Positions 24,397 through 31,630 of a stretch of 32,000 bases of DNA are shown in pieces. Origin of the DNA: Pyrodictium occultum (GTDB lineage: Archaea > Thermoproteota > Thermoprotei_A > Sulfolobales > Pyrodictiaceae); NCBI RefSeq assembly GCF_001462395.1, contig NZ_LNTB01000001.1, forward strand, positions 150,001-182,000. The letters run 5' to 3'. Within the stretch, counting starts at the first letter, position 1, and each line of letters opens with the position of its first letter. The notes under the pieces are model-generated. The model was not told where the DNA came from. It saw nothing but the letters and a program-made list of their open reading frames with translations, and searched no databases. The translations under genes were made by a program, and so were the position numbers.

Positions 24397-25887
24397 CTAC
24401 CCGGCGGGCTCCGCCACCAGGTCGTGGAGCCCGCTCGCGGCCTCCAGGGCCCCGAGCGCCTGCAACAGCTTGTCCTCGGCTAAAGGCTTAGCTATCAGCT
24501 GTACCCCGAGCGGTACCCCCTCCACCCAGCCGGCCGGCGCGGCTGCAGCGGGCACGCCGGAGAGGTTTGCCACCACCGTCGCCAGGTCGAGGGCGTACAT
24601 CTTCTCCGGGTCGTCCGCCACCTCGCCCAGCCTGGGCGGGGGCGCTATAACCGCGGGGGCGAGCAGGATATCGTTGTCCTCGAGCAGCCTGAGCAGCCGG
24701 TCGCGGACCAGCCGGCGGAGCCTGAGGGCGCGTATGTAGTACTGGTCGCGGTAGCCGGCGCTCAGCATCCAGGAGCCGAGCATTATGCGTAGCTTGACCT
24801 CGGCGCCGAGGTACCTGGCGCGTATCCTCGAGTAGTAGGTGTTCCAGCCCTCCCAGGGCCTGGGCGGCTCCCGGGGCCCGTAGCGGACCCCGTCGTAGCG
24901 GGCCAGGTTGCTGCTCGCCTCCGCCATGGCTATCACGTAGTAGGCCGGGAGGCTGTACTCAGCCACCTCCCTGCCCAGCCTGGCCTCCCCCACCACGGCC
25001 CCGGCATCCCGGAGCAGCCCGGCGGCCCTCTCTACGAGGCCCTTCACCCTCTCGTCTACACCGGGGTGCTCCATGAACTCCTGGAGCACCGCCACCCGCA
25101 GCCCATGGGCGCCCTCCCGTAGACCCCTCTCAGCCGCCTCCACCAGCCCCTGGGGCCTGGTCCGGAGGCTGGTGGAGTCCCTCGGGTCAAACCCCGCTAT
25201 CGCCTCGAGCACCGCGGCGAGGTCCCGGGTGTTCCTGGCCATCGGGCCTATCTGCTCGAGGCTGTCGGCGTAGGAGACGAGGCCGTACCGGGAGACCAGC
25301 CCGTAGGTCGGCTTCAGCCCGTAAACCCCCGTCCAGGCCGCGGGCATCCTTATGCTCCCGCCGGTGTCGCTCCCGAGCCCCAGCGTAGCCATGCCGGCTG
25401 CGAGCGCCACGGCGGTGCCACTGCTGCTCCCCCCGGGCACCCTGTCAGGGTTCCAGGGGTTCCTCGCGGGGCCGTAGGCGCTGGTCTCCCCGGTGGAGCC
25501 CATGGCGAACTCGTCCATGTTGGTCTTCCCCACCACCACGGCCCCGGCCCCGCGCAGCCTCTCCACCACGGTGGCGTCGTAGACTGCTATGTACTTCTCG
25601 AGCATCCTGGAGCCGCAGGTAACCGGGAGCCCGCTGACATGGATGTTGTCCTTGACCGCTACCAGGAGCCCCGCCAGGGGGAGGCCTCCCCTGCTCTTGG
25701 CCTCCTCCAGCCTGCTCCTAACCTCCCTCTCCACCTCCTCCCGGGGCCTCACCGTTATGTATGCGTTAAGCCTCCCGTTAAGTCTCTCAATCCTCTCGTA
25801 GACGGACGCCACGTATTCGCCCGGGTCTATCTCGCCCTCGAGGAGCTTCTCGCGGAGAAGCCAGCCCGGCAGCCGGTAGACGCCCAT
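24397..25887 (-). CDS. gatA: Glu-tRNA(Gln)/Asp-tRNA(Asn) amidotransferase subunit A
   Basis: Amidase signature VPGGSSSGTAVALAAGMATLGLGSDTGGSIRMPAA, KDNIHVSGLPVTCGS and GKTNMDEFAMGS. ATG at 25887 (MGVYRLPG...). The 46 upstream codons of the track ORF are rejected. Confidence 0.9.
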   Translation of the reverse strand: MGVYRLPGWLLREKLLEGEIDPGEYVASVYERIERLNGRLNAYITVRPREEVEREVRSRLEEAKSRGGLPLAGLLVAVKDNIHVSGLPVTCGSRMLEKYIAVYDATVVERLRGAGAVVVGKTNMDEFAMGSTGETSAYGPARNPWNPDRVPGGSSSGTAVALAAGMATLGLGSDTGGSIRMPAAWTGVYGLKPTYGLVSRYGLVSYADSLEQIGPMARNTRDLAAVLEAIAGFDPRDSTSLRTRPQGLVEAAERGLREGAHGLRVAVLQEFMEHPGVDERVKGLVERAAGLLRDAGAVVGEARLGREVAEYSLPAYYVIAMAEASSNLARYDGVRYGPREPPRPWEGWNTYYSRIRARYLGAEVKLRIMLGSWMLSAGYRDQYYIRALRLRRLVRDRLLRLLEDNDILLAPAVIAPPPRLGEVADDPEKMYALDLATVVANLSGVPAAAAPAGWVEGVPLGVQLIAKPLAEDKLLQALGALEAASGLHDLVAEPAG

Positions 25888-25966
25888 AACCCTGCCCCAG
25901 GGCCCGGGTGCCGCCGGGGCCCCCTTTAACCAGGGCTCCTCCCAGAGGGGCCCTGGGGCGGCGGGC

Positions 25967-26062
25967 TTGACGCGCCGCCAGCTAGCAGCAGCGGTGGTGG
26001 GGCTCCTGCTCTTCCTCCTAGCCATAGGCCTCCACTACGCCGCCTGGAGGGCGGCTAGGTAG
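25967..26062 (+). CDS. candidate 31-aa single-TM peptide
   Basis: Hand-translated from a TTG start as (M)TRRQLAAAVVGLLLFLLAIGLHYAAWRAAR. Basic flanks surround one hydrophobic helix. A CTTTAAC TATA-like element lies about 38 nt upstream. No other support. Confidence 0.2.
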   Translation: MTRRQLAAAVVGLLLFLLAIGLHYAAWRAAR

Positions 26063-26077
26063 CCAGAGGGCGCCTCC

Positions 26078-26653
26078 ATGGGACTCATGATACTCGTCGC
26101 AGGGGCCGCGGGGGAGCCGTGGGAGAGCCTGGAGTGGCTCGCCGCCAGGCTCTCCGAGGCCTACACGGGGGCTGCGGCCAGGGTCCTCGAGAGGCAGGTC
26201 CCCCTGCCCCCAGGGGCCTACGACCCGGGGCGGGGCCAGTACCTCAGCGAGGCCCTGCTCGAGGAGGCGGTGAGGCTCCGCCGCGCCACGGGGGCGGACC
26301 TGCTGCTCCTCGTCGCCCGGACGGATGCCTACAGCCCCGGGCTCAACTTCGTCTTCGGCCAGGCCGTCCTCGGCGGCGGCGCGGCCGTGGTCTACACCGC
26401 CAGGCTCCGCCCCGAGTTCTACGGCCATGCGCCCGACGAGGCCCTCTACAGGCTGAGGCTGCTGAAGGAGGCGCTCCACGAGCTAGGCCACGCCCTGGGC
26501 CTCGGCCACTGCAGCAACCCCCGCTGCGTGATGAGCTTCAGCAACAGCATAGTGGAGGTCGGCGCGAAGGAGCCCAGGTACTGCAGCCGCTGCGCCGCCA
26601 GGCTGGCGGGCCTGGGGGTGGCGGTCTCGCCGGGCTACCTACTTGCAGACTAG
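26078..26653 (+). CDS. amzA: archaemetzincin (peptidase M54)
   Basis: HELGHALGLGHCSNPRCVMSFSNS...YCSRCAARL carries the HExxHxxGxxH zinc site plus the Cys4 structural zinc motif of archaemetzincins. Confidence 0.9.
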   Translation: MGLMILVAGAAGEPWESLEWLAARLSEAYTGAAARVLERQVPLPPGAYDPGRGQYLSEALLEEAVRLRRATGADLLLLVARTDAYSPGLNFVFGQAVLGGGAAVVYTARLRPEFYGHAPDEALYRLRLLKEALHELGHALGLGHCSNPRCVMSFSNSIVEVGAKEPRYCSRCAARLAGLGVAVSPGYLLAD

Positions 26654-27547
26654 CACGTGCACTTTGGCGCGCCGGAGCACGGCCTCAGCCGTCGTGCCCA
26701 GCTCCCTGCCCCTCTCGCCGCCGGCGCCTATGAATATGATGTTGGCGTCCAGCCTGGCCGCCTCGCCTAGTATCGCCCGCGAAGGCTTACCCTTGGCTAC
26801 CATGGCCTCCACCTCCCCCGCTCCCCGCGAGCGGGCCCTCTCGGCCAGCTCCTCGAGCCTCCTGCGGGCCTCCTCCTCGTCCTCGCCCTCCTCGAGCACG
26901 TGGAGCAGGACCAGCCTAGCCCCCGTCCTCGAGGCGGCCTCCACGGCCCTGCATAGGACCGGCTCGTCGCCCTCGTCCAGGGCCAGGGCGGCGAGGAGGG
27001 GGCCGCCCCAGGGGTCGCCGGGGGCCTGGAGGCTCCTCTCCCCCTCGGCCCTGACGTAGGGCTTGGAGACCAGGACGCTCCGGTCGGCTATCTGGGCCAC
27101 CTCCTCGCTCGTGCTGCCTAGGAGGATGCGGCGGAGCCAGCCCTGGCCCCGCTCGGCCACCACTATGTAGTCGGCGCCGAGCCTCGCCGCCTCCTCGGCC
27201 AGCACCACAGCGGGCACACCGGCCACGGGCCTGAGGATTTCGACCTCGAAGCCCCGGCTCCTCAGCTCGGCCGCGTAGGCCTTAAGCCTCTCCAAGGCCT
27301 CCTGCCTCAACTCCTCCTCCAGCCTGTCCACGGGGTAGCCGGCGGCGACGTGCTCGACCTCCTCCAGGGGTATGGCGTGGACGAGGGTGAGCACTCTCGT
27401 GCCCACCCTCTGGAGGCTCGGGAGCCAGGAGACGAGGAGATCCGATACCCTGGATAGGTCTAATCCCACCAGCGCGTGCCTGTAGCTGCAGCCGCTGGGC
27501 TCCACAGCGCGGCCCCCGGGGAGGCTAGACGGCTCTCGAACCGGCAA
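26639..27547 (-). CDS. tandem universal stress protein (two UspA domains)
   Basis: Two repeats each carry the USP C-terminal motif: GADYIVVAERGQGWLRRILLGSTSEEVAQIADRSVLV and ANIIFIGAGGERGRELGTTAEAVLRRAKVHVLV. Confidence 0.85.
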   Translation of the reverse strand: MPVREPSSLPGGRAVEPSGCSYRHALVGLDLSRVSDLLVSWLPSLQRVGTRVLTLVHAIPLEEVEHVAAGYPVDRLEEELRQEALERLKAYAAELRSRGFEVEILRPVAGVPAVVLAEEAARLGADYIVVAERGQGWLRRILLGSTSEEVAQIADRSVLVSKPYVRAEGERSLQAPGDPWGGPLLAALALDEGDEPVLCRAVEAASRTGARLVLLHVLEEGEDEEEARRRLEELAERARSRGAGEVEAMVAKGKPSRAILGEAARLDANIIFIGAGGERGRELGTTAEAVLRRAKVHVLVCK

Positions 27548-27780
27548 TTAAACCAGGGGCCTCGGCACCTTGCCCAGTCGCCACAGCCCCTCCCCTCTAG
27601 GGGGCTGCCGCGCCGGGGTGTGGAGGTGCCTCCTCACGGGCCCCGTGGGGTGGCCTCCGGGAGGCTCCACCGGCCTATACTGCTCACCCCTCGGGGCCAG
27701 CGGGCCCAGAGCGGAGGAGAGAAATAGTTCAGGGGCCTGCGGTTAAACAGTATGGATTGTGCGGCTTCTGGTGATGGCCG

Positions 27781-28026
27781 GTGGGCGAGAGGGCTCTCGC
27801 AGCCACGGTCTTCGTGATAGGCCTCATCCTAGCCCTTGCAGCCCTGCCGCTCGGCGCGACGAAGTACGCGGCGGTGGCGTACGTGCTGGACATTATAGCC
27901 TTCACCTTCGGCGGCTTCATCGCAGGCCTCAAGTGGGGCAGGATCACGACGACGCTGGGCGCGGTGCTGCTGGTAGTGTCGATACTGGTGTTCCTGGCGC
28001 TGCCGGGCTACTACTACATGCACTAG
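27781..28026 (+). CDS. small membrane protein (81 aa, about 3 TM segments)
   Basis: Strongly hydrophobic sequence (ATVFVIGLILALAALPLG...IIAFTFGGFIAGL...LGAVLLVVSILVFLALPGYYY). The GTG start is preceded by GGTGATGG (Shine-Dalgarno-like). Confidence 0.55.
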   Translation: MGERALAATVFVIGLILALAALPLGATKYAAVAYVLDIIAFTFGGFIAGLKWGRITTTLGAVLLVVSILVFLALPGYYYMH

Positions 28027-28038
28027 CCCCTCGGGCCC

Positions 28039-30234
28039 CTAGAGGCCTCCTCCCCTCCACCCTTTTCCACCGCCGTCCCGGGGCTGGGTGCCCCCGCAGT
28101 CCAGCCCTGCCTCCCCGGCGAGCAGCCCCGCAGCCTCCCGGAGCGCGGCGGGCAGCTCCTCCAGGCCCAGCCCTGCCGCCTCCGCGGCCTCGTCGGGGGG
28201 CTTGCCCTGCAGCAGCCTAGCCACCGCCAGCACCAGGAGGCTGCCCCGCAGCCTCTCCACCCCGCGGGGCCTGGAGAGGGCTATGACGGCCGCCAGGTAG
28301 AGCGCGTCCATGGCTTGCTCGGCCTCCAGTGCGCCGCGGAGGTAGAGGCAGAGCCTCCTCGCCTGCCCCCTCGCCAGGCTGACGGGGGGCTCCACGCGGG
28401 GGAGCCTCTCCAGCATAGCCGCTATCTTCTCCGCCGCCAGGTCCCTGTAGACGCTGTGGCTGGAGAGGAGGAGCTTCAGCCGGAGCTCCCCAGCAGCCTC
28501 CAGTACAAGCCTCTCCCCCAGGCCCGTGAGAGGCTTCGCCACAGCGATGTTCTTCTCCCCCGTGAACCTGTTGTACCGGGGGCTCACGTAGAACGGCGTG
28601 TAGCCCGCCCGGAGCCAGAAGCCCAGCACGTCGTGGCGCGCGAACACAGCCCCCACAAGGTCCGCCCCCAGGCCCCGGGCCCACTCCTCGACACGGCGGA
28701 GCAGCGTGGAGCCGAGCCCCCGGCGCTGGAGACTGGGGTGGACGGCTATCCTCACAACCCTCACGGCCCGGGCCTCGGCGGCCCCCTCTGCGTGGAGCCG
28801 GAGCAGGCTATGGAGCAGCCTCCCGCCGCCCCCGGCCCCCGGCTCCTCGGTGGCGGTGTCGGCCACGGCCACCAGGCTGCCGCCGGCGCGGAGCATGTGG
28901 AGCGTGTGGCCGCCGGGCTCGAGGAGGACCAGTAGGTAGTCGGGCTCGGTACGGTAGTGGGCTAGCGCCAGCAGCCCGTAGGCCTTGCGGAGCAGCCCCG
29001 GGTCGCGGGAGAGCCTCCCCGCGTCGAGCCTCTCGTAGGCGACGCCGCCTAGCCTCTCGGGCGGCGGGGGCTCGCCGGGCTCGGCGCGGAGGAGGAAGGT
29101 CTCGTAGACCCACTCCTCCAGCGGGTCCCCCGGCGGGTAGCGGACCGGCTCGGCAAGCTCGACCCGCACCAGGGGCCTGGGTAGGATCTCCCCCACCATG
29201 TGGGCGAACACCATCCCGCTCCCCTCGTAGCCGTGCACCGTGGTGGCCGTCAGCGTCCTCCCGCTCCTCCAGGAGAGCCTCCTCAGCCTCGCAGCCCCCA
29301 CCGCCGCAGCCTCATCTACCACGAGCATGCCCGCGGCCCGGGCCTCCCCCGGTGGATAGTAGGCCACCCGGAACCAGGGCCCCGTCACAGCCACCACGTC
29401 CCCGCCGCGCCTGCGGACACGATACCCGACCCCGAGCGCCCCGAGGCCCTCCACGAGGCCCCGGAAGAAGCTCTCGAGAGCCCACGGCTCCGGCGCGACC
29501 GCGGCAGCCTCGCCCACCGCGCCGCGCCTCACAGCCAGCGCCACCGCGAGCCCCAGGAGGAAGCTCTTCCCCCTCCCACGGTCCCCCGTCACCAGGAAGC
29601 TGCGGGCCCGGGAGCCCAGGAACAGGGAGAACTCGTCAAGCGCCCTGGCCTGGCCAGGCGTGGCGGCCAGCTCCAGCAGCCCGCGGGGAACCGGGCCCCG
29701 GGGACGATAGCCCCCGGGGCCCCGGGCCCAGCCGCCGGCGCGGCCGCGGGGAGAGCGGTGGGCGTAGACCCTTCCGGAGTCGGCGTCAGCCCAGAAGAGG
29801 ACACGGGCAGCTCTCAGCCTGGACAGGAGGTACCCGCGGTAACCTCCACCCCCAACCCCCGGGTCCCACTCCTCCAGCGGGGGAGCAGCGACGACGAGCA
29901 GCCCGCCCGCCGAGACTATGCCCGAGACGCCGGCTACAAGGCTGGGGCGGAGAAGCCCATCAGTGGCGACAACTACCAGCCCGGCTCCAAGCCCGAGAGC
30001 CCGCCGGAAGCCGCCGGGCGAGAAGCACCGGCACCCACCGGGGCAGGACGGCACGAGCCTGCGGGGGGCGACAACCACGCAGCCGCCGCTGGCACCCAGG
30101 AGCTCGACAACCTCGGCAGCAACACCACCCGGGCTACGGGAGTGGAGCACAACGAGCCCCCGGTACCCCGATCCCCGCACAGCCTCGGCAAACCCCTCCA
30201 AGGCCCCCCTGACACGGGCATCCAAGACCAGCAC
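28039..30234 (-). CDS. tmcA: tRNA(Met) cytidine acetyltransferase TmcA (archaeal Nat10 homologue)
   Basis: 731 aa. Helicase-type Walker A VTGDRGRGKS, TVHGYEGSG, and the GNAT motif RIAVHPSLQRRGLGSTLL. GTG start at 30234. Confidence 0.9.
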   Translation of the reverse strand: MLVLDARVRGALEGFAEAVRGSGYRGLVVLHSRSPGGVAAEVVELLGASGGCVVVAPRRLVPSCPGGCRCFSPGGFRRALGLGAGLVVVATDGLLRPSLVAGVSGIVSAGGLLVVAAPPLEEWDPGVGGGGYRGYLLSRLRAARVLFWADADSGRVYAHRSPRGRAGGWARGPGGYRPRGPVPRGLLELAATPGQARALDEFSLFLGSRARSFLVTGDRGRGKSFLLGLAVALAVRRGAVGEAAAVAPEPWALESFFRGLVEGLGALGVGYRVRRRGGDVVAVTGPWFRVAYYPPGEARAAGMLVVDEAAAVGAARLRRLSWRSGRTLTATTVHGYEGSGMVFAHMVGEILPRPLVRVELAEPVRYPPGDPLEEWVYETFLLRAEPGEPPPPERLGGVAYERLDAGRLSRDPGLLRKAYGLLALAHYRTEPDYLLVLLEPGGHTLHMLRAGGSLVAVADTATEEPGAGGGGRLLHSLLRLHAEGAAEARAVRVVRIAVHPSLQRRGLGSTLLRRVEEWARGLGADLVGAVFARHDVLGFWLRAGYTPFYVSPRYNRFTGEKNIAVAKPLTGLGERLVLEAAGELRLKLLLSSHSVYRDLAAEKIAAMLERLPRVEPPVSLARGQARRLCLYLRGALEAEQAMDALYLAAVIALSRPRGVERLRGSLLVLAVARLLQGKPPDEAAEAAGLGLEELPAALREAAGLLAGEAGLDCGGTQPRDGGGKGWRGGGL

Positions 30235-30249
30235 AGCACCCCGGACAGC

Positions 30250-30265
30250 GATCTATGGATCTATG
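30250..30265 (-). promoter_or_regulatory. direct repeat ATCTATG x2, TATA-like (CATAGATCCATAGAT) upstream of tmcA
   Basis: 16-31 nt upstream of GTG 30234, compatible with a leaderless transcript. Confidence 0.25.
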
Positions 30266-30331
30266 CCTGCTGGAGAGCCGTCCAAGGCTCATGGCAGCTC
30301 TTCGGGGCGGCGCCGGTTTTAGCCCTCCCTG

Positions 30332-30366
30332 ATGAGGCTTTTCCGGTGGAATCCCCTGGGCCTCAT
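30332..30366. repeat. inverted repeat ATGAGGC-N21-GCCTCAT enclosing the dyad TTCCGGTGGAA
   Basis: Read directly: 30332-30338 is the reverse complement of 30360-30366. TTCC-GGT-GGAA lies at 30341-30351. Confidence 0.8.
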
Positions 30367-30394
30367 GCTAATATTGATGATGCTAATATTGATG
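30365..30394. repeat. perfect tandem duplication of a 15-mer (ATGCTAATATTGATG x2)
   Basis: Read directly: 30365-30379 is identical to 30380-30394. Confidence 0.95.
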
Positions 30395-30589
30395 CTTCCG
30401 GGGGCTTGGAGGGCTGGGAGCAACGATTGCTCAGGAAGGGCTGACGAGTTTTGAGCCAGAGGTATAACCCGTACCTGCTGCGGCCGCTTAAGAGGCTTGA
30501 CGCCGGGGAGCTGCTGGAAGTCTTGAGCAGGGCAGCGCTGAGGCCGGCTAAAGCCTCGGCCAGGGAGCTATCCAAGGAGTGAAGCTGTT

Positions 30590-30606
30590 GAGATCTTAAA
30601 GATCTC
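30590..30606. repeat. 17-nt palindrome GAGATCTT-A-AAGATCTC
   Basis: Read directly: 8-nt perfect arms around a single central base, containing two AGATCT hexamers. Confidence 0.95.
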
Positions 30607-31160
30607 CTTGAACGAGGCTGGATTAGCTAGGCATGCCAGGTACGTAGCCGCTTCCTCTTACCCGCTGCTCGTCAATGACCTGAGAAGGCTTGGTCTAATA
30701 GAGGCCGGGGATCCTATGCGTGAATGGGATCCGGGGCCCCCAGCCCGGATCTCCCCCGCTACCCTACACACCTCTAGCTCCGCGCAGTCCTGGCGGCACC
30801 CGAGGAAGGCCATGGGGGAAGACAGGCCGCCAAGCCCCTCGACGGAGTCAACCTGGAGGTCTCCGTGGCGAGAGGTAAGCCCAATGTAGAAACGGGCCTC
30901 TCACGCAGCTGCCGTAACGGCGCCTCCTCGTGTACCCCTGGTCCCTCGCCCTTGCCTCATCCCCCCACGCCTTGCGCGGGCGGTGGGCTGGGGCGAGTAG
31001 GGGGTGGGAGGGGTTTGCCGGCCTTGCCGGTCCCCGCGTCCTCCCACGCCTGGGCCGTGTACGCGGCCCTGTCGGCGGGGCGGGGCCGGGGGAGCCCCCT
31101 TGCCTGGAGGGGCTCTCCTCGGCTCCCGCGTCTCTCTGGCGTCTAGCCCTGCTGTGGGGT

Positions 31161-31457
31161 TTATTGGCTCTCTCGTGGCGGGTTTAGGAGGCTTGGGCAG
31201 TCTAGGCAGCCTTTCTCCAGGTGCCCCCGGTGGATGCAGCATGTTGCCACTGGCTTGCCCTGGTCGTCGTAGAGCTCTATGAGTAGGTAGTCTCCCTGCT
31301 GTCTTGCCGACGCGGCTGCGGGGCGGCGGATGAGCCTCCTGGCTTCCACCGTGTAGCGTCTCCCCCTGTAACTTATGAGCAGCCTTGCTGTGTAGAGGCC
31401 TTCTCCCGCCTCCTCCGTGGAGGCCAGCTCTGCCCTGGCCTCCTGGGGCTCGGTCAT
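31161..31457 (-). CDS. hypothetical 98-aa protein
   Basis: An ATG start lies 43-52 nt downstream (on the minus strand) of the TATA-like TCATATAATA. Protein-like core LYTARLLISYRGRRYTVEARRLI...GDYLLIELYDDQGKPVATCCIHRGHLEKGCLDC. No family recognised. Confidence 0.5.
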   Translation of the reverse strand: MTEPQEARAELASTEEAGEGLYTARLLISYRGRRYTVEARRLIRRPAAASARQQGDYLLIELYDDQGKPVATCCIHRGHLEKGCLDCPSLLNPPRESQ

Positions 31458-31499
31458 AGCGCCGGGTCCCCGGGTTGTTTAGTCTAGCACTAGCATGGG

Positions 31500-31523
31500 T
31501 ATTATATGATTCTTGTATAAGTA
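31500..31523. promoter_or_regulatory. A/T-rich divergent promoter region (TATTATATGA ... TGTATAAGTA)
   Basis: This is the most A/T-rich stretch of the window. It lies between the divergent genes 31161-31457 (-) and 31631-> (+). Confidence 0.35.
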
Positions 31524-31630
31524 TCGTGCTGCTGGCCCCCGGGGGCTTGAACGCATGCTTATAACCCTGGGGCGGTCCTCAGCGCTCTCAAAGTGTGTAC
31601 TACTTGTCACCCGGGGGTGGCTTCTCGGCC

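Noticed and set aside
25888-26025. 46-codon 5' extension of gatA
   Set aside because: The sequence is low-complexity (…SPTTAAASWRRVKPAAPGPLWEE…). GatA family proteins begin near MGVYRL...EKLLEGEI.
26119-26733. 204-aa plus-strand ORF overlapping archaemetzincin in another frame
   Set aside because: The Arg/Pro/Gly repeats look non-protein-like, while the overlapping frame carries the HExxHxxGxxH motif.
30329-30337. CUGAUGAG, the hammerhead ribozyme core-like octamer
   Set aside because: No stem II hairpin is followed by CGAAA, and no suitable stems I/III could be drawn.
30375-30443. Possible C/D box sRNA (UUGAUGA at 30374-30380 or UUGAUGC at 30389-30395, with CUGA at 30440-30443)
   Set aside because: The boxes deviate from RUGAUGA. 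No D' or C' box lies at the correct 12-nt spacing, and there is no terminal stem.
29200-30444. Long plus-strand ORFs (414 aa at 29200-30444, 286 aa at 29352-30212, 134 aa at 29918-30322) antisense to tmcA
   Set aside because: The translations are Arg/Pro/Gly/Ala low-complexity strings with no motifs. They lie opposite a gene with clear TmcA signatures. This is the typical stop-codon-poor antisense artefact of GC-rich DNA.
30573-30610. Bulge-helix-bulge mRNA intron joining the two wHTH-like mini-ORFs
   Set aside because: The best helix-bulge-helix drawing (CAAGGAG / tga / agct ... agat / CTCCTTG) has an imperfect 4-bp central helix. The predicted splice would also leave the TGA stop in frame.
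30795-30900. RNase P RNA-like motifs (GAGGAAGGCC at about 30801, GGTAAGCC at about 30874)
   Set aside because: These give only a partial resemblance to the CR-I GAGGAAAGUCC motif. No ACAGAA-CGGCUUA-type 3' P4 strand lies at the appropriate distance on either strand.
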